Shown here: positions 40,620 to 49,705 of the stretch, piece after piece
How the letters are laid out: each line of letters begins with the position of its first letter
How positions within the stretch are numbered: position 1 is the stretch's first letter
Source: Candidatus Omnitrophota bacterium
Lineage (GTDB): Bacteria; Omnitrophota; Gorgyraeia; Duberdicusellales; 4484-171
Direction of reading: 5' to 3'
Length of the DNA stretch: 64,000 nucleotides
Assembly (NCBI GenBank): GCA_021735655.1
Contig: JAIPGM010000004.1
Coordinates: 32,001-96,000, forward strand
The notes under the pieces: generated by a model
The model's database searches: none
What the model was told of the DNA's origin: nothing
What the model saw: only the letters and a program-made list of their open reading frames with translations
Position numbers and translations under genes: made by a program

Positions 40620-41060
40620 TTAAGGGTAGAATCTACCTATACCACTACGTATGTCTGAAGGGGTACTAACAAATATTTGGATATCGCAATGGGTCAGGTC
40701 TTCTAAATCTTCAATGGCATGAATATTAAGAGGATTGGCCATAGCTAAAGTCAAAGTGTTCCCTATTTTATCTATTGGAAGTAAACAATAATGACCGCAA
40801 ACGTTTTTGGGGACTAAAGAAACTACCTCTTCGGAAACTTGATAGTTCTCTAAAGGAAGATAGGGATAACCAAACTGTAAAGACAAGCAATAGGCAATAT
40901 CTTCCTCTTTGGCAAAGCCTAAACTTACAATGACTTCACCGATTAAACCTCCTTGACGTTTCTGGCTTGTTATAGCTTCCTTCAGTTGATCGGGAGTAAT
41001 TACCCCTCTTTCTGCTAAAATCTGCCCCAAAGGCTTATCTATTTTTTTGTGAGATTTCAT
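40620..41060 (-). CDS. Standalone T2SSE_N / MshEN-type domain protein (predicted c-di-GMP-binding)
   Basis: 146 aa. PLGQILAERGVITPDQLKEAITSQ fits the MshEN motif RLGxxLLxxGxIxxxQLxxALxxQ. IGNTLTLAMANPLN is the shared N-domain block. Confidence 0.7.
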   Translation of the reverse strand: MKSHKKIDKPLGQILAERGVITPDQLKEAITSQKRQGGLIGEVIVSLGFAKEEDIAYCLSLQFGYPYLPLENYQVSEEVVSLVPKNVCGHYCLLPIDKIGNTLTLAMANPLNIHAIEDLEDLTHCDIQIFVSTPSDIRSGIGRFYP

Positions 41061-42380
41061 TTAATTATCTTGCTTATTTTTCTTAAGCTTGGTGAATTTA
41101 ATCAACTCTTTGGCAGTTGTCCCGTCCAATGGGCTTGCTGCCACCGAAAAAGAAAGCTTAACTTTTCCCTGAGTTATTACCTTAAGAGCGGCTTCTGCCT
41201 TCTTCGCTGCCTCTTGAGAATGACGCTTATTGCTTTCTATAATAATGGCACCTAAGGTTTGGGGGCCTATTCTTCCGGCGATATCAATCGGACGCAAACT
41301 TCTCTTAAAGCCATGGGCGATTTTTTTAAGTATCTTCTCAGATTCAATCAAACCAAATTCTTTCTGATATTTATCAGGATCTAACAAACTAACCGAGATA
41401 AAGCCACAGGGACGCTGATAAATGCTTGAGCGCCTTATTTCTTCATCAAGCCTTCTAATAATTACCTTTTCATTATATAGATCAGTCAAATCGTCAAGCA
41501 CCTCTAAATCTTCAATCTTTGAAGAAAGACGTCGATGCTCCCAAATAAGAGTTACATTTTGAGAAAATAGGTTCAAAACATCTATTTCGTCTTTGCTAAA
41601 ATTATACTCATCCTGATTATTGCCGACTCCGACGATACCAACAACTATGCCTTTAGCAACAACCGGGACTAAAGCCATATTCACAAGCCCCAATTCTTTA
41701 GCCCACCCCAGATAAGGCTTAGGTTTATTGCTAGAATCAACAACTGACAGCTTCATCCTCTGAGGTAAATCACTATTACGATTTTCAATAAAAGAATCGA
41801 TAATCGGTATTTCTACTCCTAAAAAGGAAATTGGTTTTAGCTTACTTTGAGCATCATCTTTTAAGCTACAAAAACAAACATTAGTTTCCAAAATCTTCTT
41901 TAAATGCTCACTTAAAAACTTAATAATCTCTTCAGCCGGAGCATCCTTAGAAAATAAATCATTGGCCTGTAGAATAGCTGAGAGGACAAGAACTTTCTTA
42001 GTGACCTCTCGGTTGAGTTCTTCGGTTTTTTGAGTAAAGTCTTTTAATTCTTCAAACCCGCTTTTAACTTTATCCGAAAGTACGTTAATAACTGTCTCTA
42101 GGCTCTGGACTTCATCTGAAATTTCTGGAGCCTGTTCGCCAATATCTTCTAAAGCAGTCTTTGATTGTGTATATAGTCTAATAATTGATGAAAAAACCTC
42201 AAAAACAACTCGCCATCCCAAAATTACAACTAATAATAATGTCGTAGCTGCAAAAAAAGATATCTGGTATCCGAATAAATAGTAAAGAAGCACAATCAAC
42301 GGAATGAGAGAAACCAAAGCAATCGAAATCCAAATCCTTCTGGCTAGACTTAAATTAGTTATTCTATTTTTTGTTTTCAC
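41061..42380 (-). CDS. Membrane-anchored GAF + degenerate GGDEF protein (PelD-like c-di-GMP receptor architecture)
   Basis: 2 N-terminal TM segments, a coiled segment, a GAF-like block, then a GGDEF fold where the A-site reads GRIGPQTL instead of GG(D/E)EF. The RxxD I-site (RPID) is retained 5 aa upstream. Confidence 0.6.
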   Translation of the reverse strand: MKTKNRITNLSLARRIWISIALVSLIPLIVLLYYLFGYQISFFAATTLLLVVILGWRVVFEVFSSIIRLYTQSKTALEDIGEQAPEISDEVQSLETVINVLSDKVKSGFEELKDFTQKTEELNREVTKKVLVLSAILQANDLFSKDAPAEEIIKFLSEHLKKILETNVCFCSLKDDAQSKLKPISFLGVEIPIIDSFIENRNSDLPQRMKLSVVDSSNKPKPYLGWAKELGLVNMALVPVVAKGIVVGIVGVGNNQDEYNFSKDEIDVLNLFSQNVTLIWEHRRLSSKIEDLEVLDDLTDLYNEKVIIRRLDEEIRRSSIYQRPCGFISVSLLDPDKYQKEFGLIESEKILKKIAHGFKRSLRPIDIAGRIGPQTLGAIIIESNKRHSQEAAKKAEAALKVITQGKVKLSFSVAASPLDGTTAKELIKFTKLKKNKQDN

Positions 42381-42662
42381 TCTGCCCCCTCTTATAATAA
42401 TATAGTATTTATACGCTTACTACAAAATACTAACACCTTTCATTGCTAGTGTCAACTCGACTGAACCGAAAACATATTATATTTACTGTAATTTTAGACA
42501 AAACCGCTAGTTTAATTCAACTAAAGTAAGCCCCCTTTGGCTTCATGATCTTACCTCAGTTAAGAGGATAAATATTCTGAGCATCCCTCCAAGAAATAAA
42601 CTGAGCATCGGCATCTAAGCCCAAGGGCTCTATTGCCAATATGTCATCTTTACTGTATTTAT

Positions 42663-43532
42663 CTATTCAATATCTTGCCAAGACACTGTCTCCGAAGATG
42701 AGAACCCCAAATTAGCTAAAGCTGCACTTATCAGGTCAGGGTCATAAGCTAAATCGACACTGCCCTTAATGGTAGTATCTATACCGGCGCCGCTTTCAGC
42801 AAGAACTGACCCGCTGATAGCAACATTACCGGTAATTGAAAGTTCCCCGATAACATAAATTATACCTTCAAAATTTTCAGTTCCCGACATGTGAACGTCC
42901 CCTTCTATGACTAAAATCCCGCTGCCCTGTAAATTTCCTGCCGTTGTCAAAGTTACCCCCGGAGAAACCTCAACCCAGGTTATGCCGTCAACCGGCTCAC
43001 CAAAAGTGCTTTCATCGTAAAGGTGCGTGGCCATATTCTTTACTGATTCTTTACTATTTGCAAACAAATCCGAAAAATTTAAAACCGCTTGTTCATTGAA
43101 CGAATCCTCAGGAGTAATGGTATATGCCTGGCCTTTAATTACTAAATCACCTGTTGTCTCAATCGCGTATTGGAACTTGGAGGAATCAGGAGGATCTACT
43201 CTTACAATTGCGCGTAAAGACTTTTCGATTGTTGCCCCGGAAGATAAAGTAACTGTGCCGGTTGAGTCGATCTGATAATACCAATTACCTAACGCTTCTG
43301 TGGTTGCCGCATAACAATAGTTACTTTTCATACATCCAGATGTATTGTCGGGTAGATTACCCTTGCTCATTGCAATACCAGCCTCGGCCAGCCAAAAAGC
43401 TTCGACAGCCCCTACATATCTTGTGGTAAGCTTGTTCTCATTTATAGTTTTTAAAAAAAGTGCTGTCGATAGCATAATCATAATCAACATCATTAAAAGA
43501 CTAAGGATTAAAACACCGCCTCTTTTATTCAT
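42663..43532 (-). CDS. PilX-like minor pilin / pilus assembly protein
   Basis: N-terminal MNKRGGVLILSLLMMLIMIM hydrophobic segment typical of the PilX N-terminus; 289 aa. Confidence 0.55.
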   Translation of the reverse strand: MNKRGGVLILSLLMMLIMIMLSTALFLKTINENKLTTRYVGAVEAFWLAEAGIAMSKGNLPDNTSGCMKSNYCYAATTEALGNWYYQIDSTGTVTLSSGATIEKSLRAIVRVDPPDSSKFQYAIETTGDLVIKGQAYTITPEDSFNEQAVLNFSDLFANSKESVKNMATHLYDESTFGEPVDGITWVEVSPGVTLTTAGNLQGSGILVIEGDVHMSGTENFEGIIYVIGELSITGNVAISGSVLAESGAGIDTTIKGSVDLAYDPDLISAALANLGFSSSETVSWQDIE

Positions 43533-44154
43533 TTCTTATTTTCACATCCAGTTCTAAGGTAATTGGAAGAAGGTCCCTCTCCCGAACCTGACTTTGGCCG
43601 GTGATCGCGACAACCATCCTCTTACTATTATTAAGATTATCTTTAAAATTATCCGTCGTTCTCGCGCCGCCAGTATCGATAGTATAAAAAGGCGGCTCTG
43701 TTATGCCTATAAACTCCCTGCTTTCTGTTGTATTGTTGCCGCTATCAATAACACTGCGCGTAATCTTACTTAAAGTATTATCGTAATCATACTCAATATA
43801 GTCCAGACTTAATATATAATTACCGGTAGTTGTATTTATCCCGTCAACCGTCCGAAATTTAATATACGAAGCAGAAGGGTTATTGTTGGCTATGTCCCAG
43901 CAAGGAGCCTGGCGGATATCTCTAACTATTAAATTCCCTATCGACCTTATCTTAGCCTGAAAATCTATTTTGGCAGTCATTACCGGAAAAACTGATTCTC
44001 CTGCTTGAAGAACTCTAACCACTGCAGTAGCAATAAGTGACAGCACCAGAGAAGCAATCAATATCTCCGTAAGGGTAAATGCTTTCTGCTTAGCGATGAA
44101 TGCATGTTGAGAGCTCAAAATATCTTGTTTTCTGCCTTTCAGACCAGCTAACAT
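43525..44154 (-). CDS. Minor (pseudo)pilin with prepilin-type N-terminus (PilW/PilV-like)
   Basis: QKAFTLTEILIASLVLSLIATAVV class-III leader; 209 aa. Confidence 0.65.
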   Translation of the reverse strand: MLAGLKGRKQDILSSQHAFIAKQKAFTLTEILIASLVLSLIATAVVRVLQAGESVFPVMTAKIDFQAKIRSIGNLIVRDIRQAPCWDIANNNPSASYIKFRTVDGINTTTGNYILSLDYIEYDYDNTLSKITRSVIDSGNNTTESREFIGITEPPFYTIDTGGARTTDNFKDNLNNSKRMVVAITGQSQVRERDLLPITLELDVKIRNE

Positions 44155-44497
44155 TTGCTATTACCTCCGTAAGCGACGTTTCTGTACCTGCCGCCTGAAC
44201 AGTAACATTCTCATCTATCAAATTATCAAACACCGGCGGAGAATAAACATCTATATCCCCATAAGATAAGGTCTTGATCTCCTCTAATACACATTGAGCA
44301 TCGTTAGCCGCAGCTACTAAGTTATTGCTTGATTCATTGAGAAAAGCGCAAGAAACAAAAGCCATAATCAACCCACTAGCAACTATCATTATAATAGCCG
44401 CAGCTATCATCACTTCCAATAGAGTAAACCCAGCCCGCTTAGAAAAACTCTTACGCATAGCTTTATTTATTTGGCCTTTTTCCTTAAAATTCCTCAT
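44090..44497 (-). CDS. Minor (pseudo)pilin with prepilin-type N-terminus (PilV/FimT-like)
   Basis: RAGFTLLEVMIAAAIIMIVASGL class-III leader; 135 aa. Confidence 0.65.
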   Translation of the reverse strand: MRNFKEKGQINKAMRKSFSKRAGFTLLEVMIAAAIIMIVASGLIMAFVSCAFLNESSNNLVAAANDAQCVLEEIKTLSYGDIDVYSPPVFDNLIDENVTVQAAGTETSLTEVIANVSWSERQKTRYFELSTCIHR

Positions 44498-44597
44498 AAC
44501 CCAATATTTAACCTACCCTCTCAATTCAATTTTACCATTTAAGGGGAGACCTTTCAACTAGACTAAAAAAGTAAACTCAGTTAAGGATTTTTAGTCC

Positions 44598-45113
44598 TTA
44601 GTAATCCTTAACAATGCCGATAATTTCATCAACAAAGGTTTCCTCGGCACTTAAGAGATTAAGGTGATGTTTAAGAAGGAGGCGTTGGTGAACTGGAAAT
44701 TCTTCTTCAATCGCAATGTTCTCAGACAACCATTGCTTTACTTTCTCTAAGAATCGTTTCCTCAAACGCAAGCGGGCCATTACTTCTTTTGTATCTAAAA
44801 AAGGAAGGAAATATAAAGGAATGTCGATATCGATAAACGGCCGCTTCTCGCTCAATAAAGCTTCTAGGGCCAGCCTTAAAAATTCTTTATTACCATGAGG
44901 AGTAATAGAGTATACGTATCTAGGCAGTCTTCCTTTATCTTTAGCAGTAGTCTTTTTGATGAGCCCTTCTCGGGCCATAATCTTTAAAGGATAGTAGATT
45001 GATTTATTTTCAAGAGAGGTAAAAACAGCGAGGTCTTTCTTTATAATCTTTTTTATCTCGTAACCGTGTCGTGGGCTATTTTTTAAAATACCTAATATTA
45101 TTAGGCGTTGCAT
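44598..45113 (-). CDS. PadR-family transcriptional regulator
   Basis: LIILGILKNSPRHGYEIKKII...YYPLKIMAREGLI wHTH, 171 aa with a C-terminal extension. First gene of the pilus-gene strand run. Confidence 0.75.
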   Translation of the reverse strand: MQRLIILGILKNSPRHGYEIKKIIKKDLAVFTSLENKSIYYPLKIMAREGLIKKTTAKDKGRLPRYVYSITPHGNKEFLRLALEALLSEKRPFIDIDIPLYFLPFLDTKEVMARLRLRKRFLEKVKQWLSENIAIEEEFPVHQRLLLKHHLNLLSAEETFVDEIIGIVKDY

Positions 45114-45116
45114 CCG

Positions 45117-46070
45117 TTACTCGTTAAAAACTCCCATCTTTCTGTAACGCTGTTGTCTAGAGCTTAGCAATTGCGGTACAGAGAGCTGAGTAAGTTCGTC
45201 TAAATTTTTATTAACTGCTTTTTTTAAATTACCGGCTGATGCTTCATACTCCCAATGAGCGCCACCCTCAACTTCAGGAATCACCCCATCAATGAGCCCC
45301 AAAGAAAGAAGCTCCGGAGCAGTAAGCTTTAAAACATCAGCTGCTTTTTCACGTTTAGATGCATCTTTCCAAAGAATTGCTGCGCAACCTTCAGGTGAAA
45401 TAACCGAATAATAAGAATACTCCATAACCAAAACCCTGTCTCCAACACCGATACCTAAAGCCCCGCCGCTTCCACCTTCGCCGATGACTACGACTAAAAT
45501 CGGCACTTTGAGCAAAAACATATCTCTAATATTTTCAGCAATTGCCTGAGCCTGGCCCCTCTCTTCGGCCCCTACTCCCGGGTAAGCTCCCGGAGTATCA
45601 ACTAAACAAAGAATTGGCATTGAAAAACGCTCAGCCAATTTCATCACCCGCATAGCTTTGCGATATCCTTCCGGATGAGCACAGCCAAAATTACGCTCAA
45701 TGTTTTCCTTGGTATCTTTACCCTTTTGATGCCCGATGATAGCAATTTTTCTATCATCCAGCTTAGCAAGACCTGAGATTAAAGCTAGATCATCACCATA
45801 AAGACGATCGCCACAAAGAGAAACAAAATCTTTAAAAATTAAATTTATATAATCAAGGGTGGTTGGCCGATTAGGATGACGGGCGATTTGAACTTTTTGC
45901 CAAGCCGATAGGCCAGAATAAACTTCTTTCTTCAAAGTTTGCAGCTTCTCTTCCAAATCGGAAATCTCAGAGTTAAGATCAACCGCCTTATCCTTGGAGA
46001 ACTTTCGTAACTCCTCAATTTTATTCTCTAGCTCAATAATTGGTTTTTCAAAATCCCAAGTCTGCATCAT
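45117..46070 (-). CDS. accA: Acetyl-CoA carboxylase carboxyltransferase alpha subunit
   Basis: 317 aa; GGSGGALGIGVGD, PEGCAAILWKD blocks. Confidence 0.9.
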   Translation of the reverse strand: MMQTWDFEKPIIELENKIEELRKFSKDKAVDLNSEISDLEEKLQTLKKEVYSGLSAWQKVQIARHPNRPTTLDYINLIFKDFVSLCGDRLYGDDLALISGLAKLDDRKIAIIGHQKGKDTKENIERNFGCAHPEGYRKAMRVMKLAERFSMPILCLVDTPGAYPGVGAEERGQAQAIAENIRDMFLLKVPILVVVIGEGGSGGALGIGVGDRVLVMEYSYYSVISPEGCAAILWKDASKREKAADVLKLTAPELLSLGLIDGVIPEVEGGAHWEYEASAGNLKKAVNKNLDELTQLSVPQLLSSRQQRYRKMGVFNE

Positions 46071-46075
46071 AATAT

Positions 46076-46906
46076 CTAATCAATGATTAACACTTCGGTT
46101 CCTATCGGAACAATATCAAAAAGTTCCTCAACCTCTTGATTCCTCATCCGTATGCAGCCCAAGGTAATCTGTTTACCTAATTCTTGAGGTTTGGTTGTTC
46201 CATGAATGCCGTACCCTTTTATATCTTCTCCGTTTGCATCTTTACCCTCTAAACCCATCCAACGAGAACCCAAAATATTTTCTGGATCTGCAGGATCAAC
46301 GATAGCCCCGGTCCTAAACCAAGTAGGATTTCTAAGCTTATTCCGATCGATAGTAAACTTACCTACCGGAGTTGAGTTATCCTTCCCCGTAGAAACAATA
46401 TAGGTTTTTACTACTTCACCTTTTCGTTTTAAAAAAAGTAAATTTTGCGACTTATCAACTACTATCGAAAATTCACAAGAAGCTACCTTTAACTTTTGCT
46501 TAGGACGAATCGTATCCGACGACAAATTATTAGAACGTTTAATTAGACTTACCGTGGTTTTAAATTTCTTGGAAATTTTTGTTAGAGTATCCTTGGGTTG
46601 AACAACATAGGTAGTGCTGCACTGATCAAGATCTTTTGAAAAAATAATTCTTATATTGATATCTTCAATCTTCTGGCGAATACTATTGATTAGGTTAGGA
46701 TCATCGACATTTTCTAAACTTTCCTGATACAACCTCTTGGCCTCTTTGAACGATCCAACCGAAAAAGCTGATTCAGCTTCCTTTAAAACTGCCGATTTAA
46801 AAATAGTTTTTTTAGGTATGGTTGATTTTTTTGAAGATAGGGCTATAAGCGTAAAAATTATCACCATACTGATACTGACAATAATAACTATGTGAATTTT
46901 CTTCAT
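46076..46906 (-). CDS. L,D-transpeptidase (YkuD) with LysM domain
   Basis: LysM (YVVQPKDTLTKISKKF...), YkuD catalytic HGT...LGCIRM. Confidence 0.8.
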   Translation of the reverse strand: MKKIHIVIIVSISMVIIFTLIALSSKKSTIPKKTIFKSAVLKEAESAFSVGSFKEAKRLYQESLENVDDPNLINSIRQKIEDINIRIIFSKDLDQCSTTYVVQPKDTLTKISKKFKTTVSLIKRSNNLSSDTIRPKQKLKVASCEFSIVVDKSQNLLFLKRKGEVVKTYIVSTGKDNSTPVGKFTIDRNKLRNPTWFRTGAIVDPADPENILGSRWMGLEGKDANGEDIKGYGIHGTTKPQELGKQITLGCIRMRNQEVEELFDIVPIGTEVLIID

Positions 46907-46928
46907 TAAGCCTTTCCTTTTATTTTAA

Positions 46929-47378
46929 TTATCGGTAAAAGAAAAGAGTTACTACTATGCCGACTATGGCCCCGATAAAAACTTCTATCGGAGTATGACC
47001 AACAAGTTCTCGCAAACGAGATTCTCCAATCTTCTTTCCTTCCTGAAAATCCTCAACCATTCGATTAAGCACTTTTGCCTGGAAGCCTATCGAACGCCGC
47101 CAAGTTTGGGCATCAAACATATTAATCACCGCGAACAAAACACTCATCGCAAAAAGAATAGATCCGGTTCCAGCCTCTTTGGCCACGCAAACAACCAAAG
47201 AAACCACTGCGGCACTATGAGCTGATGGCATGCCGCCAGTACCCATAACCCAAAAAAAGTTAAACTTCTTATCTTTTATGAGCCCGGTAAAAATCTTTAA
47301 AACTTGGGCTACGAAAATTGTGGTTACAATAGCCCAAAAAGCCCTATTTCTATATATTCCTTCCCAAAACCCCTGCAT
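46929..47378 (-). CDS. Divergent PAP2-like membrane phosphatase (DUF212 family)
   Basis: 149 aa, 4 TM, GGMPSAHSA motif. Confidence 0.55.
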   Translation of the reverse strand: MQGFWEGIYRNRAFWAIVTTIFVAQVLKIFTGLIKDKKFNFFWVMGTGGMPSAHSAAVVSLVVCVAKEAGTGSILFAMSVLFAVINMFDAQTWRRSIGFQAKVLNRMVEDFQEGKKIGESRLRELVGHTPIEVFIGAIVGIVVTLFFYR

Positions 47379-47588
47379 ATAGGCCTTATTATAAAAAGAA
47401 AAGGTGATTTAAGCAACAACTATTTAGTCCATCTTCAAATTGCAATATCTACCCATGGAAATCTCTTAAAAAATCTAATCTGCTCTGCTTCTAAAGCGCT
47501 CTCTGGGTTAGCCCGAGCTTTAGGGTTTCCTTTTGCTCCATTTATCAAAACATAAAAATCTGTATCAGCGGCTATCGCGGCTCTGGTT

Positions 47589-48491
47589 TTAAATTCCAAA
47601 ATAAATTACTAAAATGCAAACTATACACCAGAGGGCCAAATTAAGCTGCAACTTTAAGTCAGCAAAAAGTATTCGCGTAGGATCTCCGTGTTTAAAGCGT
47701 TGATGAATTATGTAAAGATAACGAAATATACCATAATATACAAACGGCAGGCTGTACATAAGATGATTACTTCCAAATGCATTAATAGTCCTTGTGTCTA
47801 CTGTATAAAGCATATAGATAACTACCATCGAAGACGTCAGCACCGCTATCATTTGATCTATAAAGTATACGCTATATTTAGACAAAACCTTCCGGTGTAA
47901 AACAGCCTTTTTTTGCAAAATTATCAGCTCCTGACGCCTTTTAATAAATCCCAAAAATAATGCCAGCAAAACCGTCATTAATATAATCCAATGTGACATT
48001 TCAATTCCGGTAGCCACGCTGCCGGCTATTATTCGCAAAAGGAAAAACCCACCAACACAAAAAACATCGACAATAACAAAGTTTTTAAGCACCTTTGTAT
48101 AAATTAAATTAAACAACAGATAAATAAGCATAACCAAACCCAAATATCTGTTCAAAACAAAAGCTAGGCCAATAGACAAAAAAGATAAAATAATTGCCGC
48201 TATCAACGCGTTGGCGATGCTTAGCTTACCGGAAGCAATTGGCCGAAATTTCTTTAAGGGATGAACCCGATCATTCCTTACGTCAATTAAATCATTAAAC
48301 AGATAAACCGCACCCGATGTCATTGAAAACAAAACCATAGCGATTACGGCATCAAGATTAGCAGGATAAGAAAAAAGCTTCTTTCCGAAAATTAAAGGCA
48401 AAAGTATAAAAGAATTCTTAATCCATTGCCTTGGTCTTATAGAATATAAAAAGTTTTTCATTAAACTAAAGTTTCCATTACAATTAACCAC
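47589..48491 (-). CDS. UbiA-family prenyltransferase, decaprenyl-phosphate phosphoribosyltransferase (DPPR synthase)-like
   Basis: NDLIDVRNDRVHPLKKFRPIASG matches the NDxxDxxxD...RP(I/L)ASG block of DPPR synthases; 300 aa, polytopic. Confidence 0.7.
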   Translation of the reverse strand: MVNCNGNFSLMKNFLYSIRPRQWIKNSFILLPLIFGKKLFSYPANLDAVIAMVLFSMTSGAVYLFNDLIDVRNDRVHPLKKFRPIASGKLSIANALIAAIILSFLSIGLAFVLNRYLGLVMLIYLLFNLIYTKVLKNFVIVDVFCVGGFFLLRIIAGSVATGIEMSHWIILMTVLLALFLGFIKRRQELIILQKKAVLHRKVLSKYSVYFIDQMIAVLTSSMVVIYMLYTVDTRTINAFGSNHLMYSLPFVYYGIFRYLYIIHQRFKHGDPTRILFADLKLQLNLALWCIVCILVIYFGI

Positions 48492-48544
48492 CTATCAGGT
48501 TGACGGAAAAGTACCTGTCCAAGCTATTAACTGTTTCTAAATTA

Positions 48545-49183
48545 TTATTCGGCTTCTTCGATGGAAAATAACTGAAAATGTTGTGGGCAAATAAAAGTAG
48601 TGTCAAAATCAGAAGTTCCTTTATAAAAAACGGCCTTATCTACAAAATTACTTAAATCCCCAACCTGTGAAATATCTAGCCTGGCACACCCTCTTAGCTT
48701 TCGACCATTAAATACTATCGTATTTCCTTTGCTCGCCTTCAGACAATAACAAGCTCCACAAGCCCTGCTGCCAGCCCGGTAGTTACATCTAGTTATAACG
48801 CCTTCACCCTTCTGAATAACTACTTCTGGCTGATCAGACTCTTCTTCTGAATCATCAATGTCTAGTTTGTTTTGAAAAGAACCCTTTTTTAACTCTCGGA
48901 GCTTACCAAAAAGCTCCTGAGTTGCCTTTTTATCTCTAAAGCAATCTTTCGGGCAACTTTCTGCCGTTTCGCAACAAGTAAATCCGCGAGAACCACAGCC
49001 TTTATCTTGACAAAATCCATCACCGCAACGATCAGTACATCTATCTAAAGGCTCATCATTAGCCTTCCCCTCTATGCCCGGCAGACCAGTTTCGATATCT
49101 ACAACTCTACCTTCAGAAAAAACATTCTGAAAGACAAAAAATGAAAATACCATAATTGAAATACTTATAGTTACTGGTTTCAT
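48545..49183 (-). CDS. Secreted cysteine-rich hypothetical protein (two Cys-rich modules separated by an acidic linker)
   Basis: Signal peptide; CTDRCGDGFCQDKGCGSRGFTCCETAESCPKDC, then DIDDSEEESD, then CNYRAGSRACGACYC...C...C. Confidence 0.4.
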   Translation of the reverse strand: MKPVTISISIMVFSFFVFQNVFSEGRVVDIETGLPGIEGKANDEPLDRCTDRCGDGFCQDKGCGSRGFTCCETAESCPKDCFRDKKATQELFGKLRELKKGSFQNKLDIDDSEEESDQPEVVIQKGEGVITRCNYRAGSRACGACYCLKASKGNTIVFNGRKLRGCARLDISQVGDLSNFVDKAVFYKGTSDFDTTFICPQHFQLFSIEEAE

Positions 49184-49193
49184 TTATTTGCCT

Positions 49194-49697
49194 CTACATC
49201 TTGGTAAAATTAACATCTTTGTCTTTCTTTTGTCTGTCAGTAATTTCTTTTTCCTCTTCCTCCTTGTCTACCACTCTCCTAAAAGACCCTTCTGAGGAAG
49301 ACCCTCCTCCAATTAGGATATTTTTTTCGGCATAGCCTTCAACAAGTTCAGCAAGCCGATCTCCTAATAATTTTCTTACACTCTTTAACTTCCGTTCATA
49401 GTAAACAATTAGCTTCTCCCCTTCCCCGGAAGCTTTCTCGTTAGCTTTCTTTATTTCTTCCTGGCTAGGTAAATCTTTATCTTCAGAAATAAAATTACTG
49501 ATTTCTTGCCAACGCTTAAGCAAGGAGCTGTCTTCTGAATTCTTTGCTTTCTCCACCTCTTCTTTTAGGTCTTTCTCTAGCTCTTTTGAAATCTCTAATG
49601 AAGTCTGGTTCTTTGTCTGATCTCCTCTTATCTCATCCAGTCGCAACTGGACTAAGCGGTACTCATCGACTAAACATTTTAAACGGTCTTTTCTCAT
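49194..49697 (-). CDS. Hypothetical charged/coiled-coil cytoplasmic protein
   Basis: 167 aa, very K/E-rich, with a GGGSSSEGS linker. Confidence 0.35.
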   Translation of the reverse strand: MRKDRLKCLVDEYRLVQLRLDEIRGDQTKNQTSLEISKELEKDLKEEVEKAKNSEDSSLLKRWQEISNFISEDKDLPSQEEIKKANEKASGEGEKLIVYYERKLKSVRKLLGDRLAELVEGYAEKNILIGGGSSSEGSFRRVVDKEEEEKEITDRQKKDKDVNFTKM

Positions 49698-49705
49698 AAT
49701 CCCTC

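Noticed and set aside
41061-42380. Active diguanylate cyclase
   Set aside because: The catalytic GG(D/E)EF signature is replaced by GPQTL; only the I-site is conserved, so it is called a degenerate receptor-type domain instead.
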